Origin: a virus
Taxonomy: Duplodnaviria; Heunggongvirae; Uroviricota; Caudoviricetes
Virus record (IMG/VR): IMGVR_UViG_2778261420_000002
Location: 1 to 5,170 of that record
DNA length: 5,170 nucleotides
Strand: one strand, 5' to 3'
Shown: piece by piece, positions 5,016-5,170 of the stretch
Layout of the letters: the number at the start of each line of letters is the position of its first letter
Numbering within the stretch: the first letter of the stretch is position 1
Position numbers and translations under genes: made by a program
Notes under the pieces: model-generated
Seen by the model: the letters and a program-made list of their open reading frames with translations, nothing else
Told to the model about the DNA's origin: nothing
Database searches by the model: none

Positions 5016-5170
5016 TGGCTGTCTCCTGAAAAATCACCGCATGCCCCAGTTTCTCCGCCAGCGCCAGTTCTGCCTTAGCGCCTGCTGACCGCCGCCAGCC
5101 TTTCAGCATGTAAATCGCATCCACACAACGAATCATTGCCATGCAAATATCCATGTAGTGCGGCTGTGTC
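5002..5170 (-). CDS. Partial ORF, C-terminal fragment (…TQPHYMDICMAMIRCVDAIYMLKGWRRSAGAKAELALAEKLGHAVIFQETASVQD); may be a small 50-aa ORF or the end of a longer gene beyond the window
   Basis: Minus-strand frame is open from the window edge to the TAA at 5002..5004. An internal ATG at 5154 would give 50 aa. Overlaps the downstream gene's start by 14 nt, consistent with operon packing. No family recognised. Confidence 0.3.
   Translation of the reverse strand, partial: TQPHYMDICMAMIRCVDAIYMLKGWRRSAGAKAELALAEKLGHAVIFQETASVQD

Noticed and set aside
1-5170. CRISPR arrays, tRNA/rRNA genes, IS elements or att-site direct repeats
   Set aside because: No periodic direct repeats with spacers, no cloverleaf-like structured segments of tRNA size, no terminal inverted repeats flanking a transposase-like ORF, and no long direct repeats found by eye.

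Overview
The window reads as the nin/Q (early-right) region of a lambdoid prophage from an enterobacterial host (inference from gene content and order; no search was run). Nearly all genes lie on the minus strand as one tightly packed operon. Read in transcription order (high to low coordinates): a partial upstream ORF (5002..5170), a zinc-ribbon/coiled-coil protein (4560..5015), a DUF551-type protein that appears frameshifted (3861..4469, out-of-frame tail 3742..3864), an 88-aa protein (3482..3745) coupled to a 27-aa hydrophobic peptide (3402..3485), hairpin terminators (3315..3394), a 90-aa protein (2307..2579), a 351-aa protein with a C-terminal HNH-like motif (1250..2305), the Holliday-junction resolvase RusA (884..1249), antiterminator Q (333..887), a candidate late promoter and terminator (222..336), and the start of the first late-region ORF (1..91). 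A ParD/ParE-type type II toxin-antitoxin pair (2715..3277) sits on the plus strand, antisense to the phage operon, with its own candidate promoter/operator and terminator, so it looks like an inserted moron. No rRNA, tRNA, CRISPR array or IS element was seen. The items most worth follow-up are the 88-aa/27-aa peptide pair, the apparent DUF551 frameshift and the antisense TA cassette. All family assignments are from motif recognition by eye and need a homology search.
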